Below are positions 34,601-34,877 of a DNA stretch of 34,877 nt, piece after piece; within the stretch, counting starts at the first letter, position 1; each line of letters opens with the position of its first letter. The notes under the pieces were generated by a model. The model saw only the letters and a program-made list of their open reading frames with translations, did not search any database and had not been told where the DNA came from. The DNA comes from a virus. Both the position numbers and the translations under genes were made by a program. The stretch lies in the IMG/VR virus record IMGVR_UViG_3300029928_000026; one strand, 5' to 3'.

Positions 34601-34688
34601 GATGGGCGCGGATTACAACTATACGGGACTCAACGTCGTCAAGGCGGACTTCAAGAAGGCTCAGACAGGAACCTTGCTGATTCTTTGA
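31680..34688 (+). CDS. Tail fibre / receptor-binding protein (1002 aa)
   Basis: BppU-like N-terminus, coiled coil, three VD..L...S.NPVQN..V repeats, a CBM5/12-like WxxGxxYxxGDIVxYxG module and C-terminal tandem small beta domains. Confidence 0.75.
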   Translation: MSQSAHMDLYYEFSKDNRTLSTKRGRTYAGQRCDARSATLHFDLYHYAMDEGDMPSYTEEWDFDAEGYSAYIMFRVYDENGYPYYYGDSSSPKFDGYTFQVPYEITTRARSARVEFQLVFTKVPFNGTLQDIDATEYLLSAVSGFAVKDEGFRPPMPPHGPRACAPPSPVACEPSVGGWIEMWKDASVLLPVDLRGRLNRPGLEMTFTTYRGQSQMLDLNVATLDANDQIPVSVIPTGADEGKIPVLKENLGDGDILSYSAKAKGIVGRTAVSKAQELEFNRDEVPLASAIPTKLRLRNSDGQSYVLQLCDMDMNVVSELDMPIEDVVKEAYYSDGYIHLIINTPGAEDGPTKDISFSVTDLLPLYVPGDDYIEISKDRVDSEGKTTYTVKLTKKFWDTVTAKDDAIKTILRKDLAAEASTRGAEDTKLSNRIDALAESAEGSDASIREDLRKESDQRAASDAYLKGLIKNNANDIQGLSGRTDILDEEVRLLPYRFKAGNAIDLKQTIDEKSQKITQVIISAQVDAELNHSSSNPVQNSAVTSELDAKQGKLKSSSTVRVEKDVDGLYYLTAATQVKVDSSVTADSTNPVQSKGVYEALEKKQDKLSVDGEFLDWDGTRLALSLDRLVDESLSPTSERPVQNKVVEKAISDLKTLKAAIPVWAESGVEYNSGDIVLYQGALYLCIADAPLTNHEPPTNKECWSPLIHSGAAAVQAVNRPTYICQFGNDKDTEYTIRHGLQCRELVWSIYTADSEHLYVNAIVSAPTINSLRIRLTEPPGTNGMVISIMRVREAATNVAVTGPINVDVTTPAVKWVFDSNDSGMPMYVQAVSDDNGTITDIVGDVIQNSSTAFNPVTIGFQEPRSGTLILAPATACFDMDGITMVLDKADASNKLKDGTWYLVQCFKDGEGESILDVRQDEHTVTIVTGGESWQGLVCLFEATATKEFSDVSELSYQHNKGRYVGVQSYGADGLMGADYNYTGLNVVKADFKKAQTGTLLIL

Positions 34689-34692
34689 AACC

Positions 34693-34733
34693 GAGGGGAT
34701 GGCTCCCCTCATTCGGAGGGGCTCCGCCCCTCC
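34693..34733. terminator. Double hairpin between convergent genes (probable bidirectional terminator)
   Basis: GAGGGGA-TGGC-TCCCCTC (34693-34710) and GGAGGGGC-TCC-GCCCCTCC (34715-34733). Confidence 0.55.
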
Positions 34734-34877
34734 TTCTCCTTAGACTCCACATACACGCGATTGACCGTCGCCTTGTACGACTCGTATGCTTCGCGGAACG
34801 CGGAGTCCTTCATGCACAGCTCCAGCACCACGCGCGCCTTCTCGTCCGCTACGCGGGTCTTCGCCTTCACCACATCG
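34709..34877 (-). CDS. 3' end of a hypothetical protein entering from the right edge (...DVVKAKTRVADEKARVVLELCMKDSAFREAYESYK...SPSE*)
   Basis: Manual translation: 56 open codons to TGA at 34709-34711; not in the ORF track. Confidence 0.65.
   Translation of the reverse strand, partial: DVVKAKTRVADEKARVVLELCMKDSAFREAYESYKATVNRVYVESKEKEGRSPSE

Noticed and set aside
31680-34877. Diversity-generating retroelement acting on the tail fibre
   Set aside because: No reverse transcriptase and no TR/VR pair differing at adenines in the window.

Overview
The window is part of a tailed dsDNA virus genome (Caudoviricetes, siphovirus-like tail module). The host is most likely archaeal: promoters look like BRE/TATA, some late and rightward genes appear leaderless, and ribosome-binding sites are GGAG/GAGGT. 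Methanomassiliicoccales is my inference for the host and is not proven. Layout: (1) 1-6785, leftward array of about 15 small, mostly unknown genes, including a Gp88-like Fe-S/radical-SAM-like protein. Most are preceded by a conserved intergenic module (covarying hairpin + AAAC-N-GTTT palindrome + GAACAGAACA + SD). (2) 6800-7520, non-coding strand-switch region with hairpins and 23-bp-period repeats. (3) 7525-14330, four small GC-rich genes and a 1820-aa repeat protein. (4) 14400-14650, iteron/AT-rich replication origin. (5) 14946-22944, replication/recombination module: ParB-like protein, VapE-like SF3 helicase, SNF2 helicase, ERF annealase, YqaJ exonuclease, SSB-like protein, tandem-AbrB regulator, VRR-NUC. 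(6) 23099-34688, neck and tail genes: adaptor, terminator, tail tube, chaperone with a -1 frameshift site, tape measure, two Dit-like paralogues, Ig-hub protein, an HNH remnant and a tail fibre. I found no terminase, portal, capsid, integrase, polymerase, tRNA or CRISPR array. Many long ORFs in the supplied track are antisense or off-frame shadows. Several starts were re-called from RBS or TATA position, and four coding segments missing from the track were added. All protein family calls are from motif recognition by eye; no database search was run.
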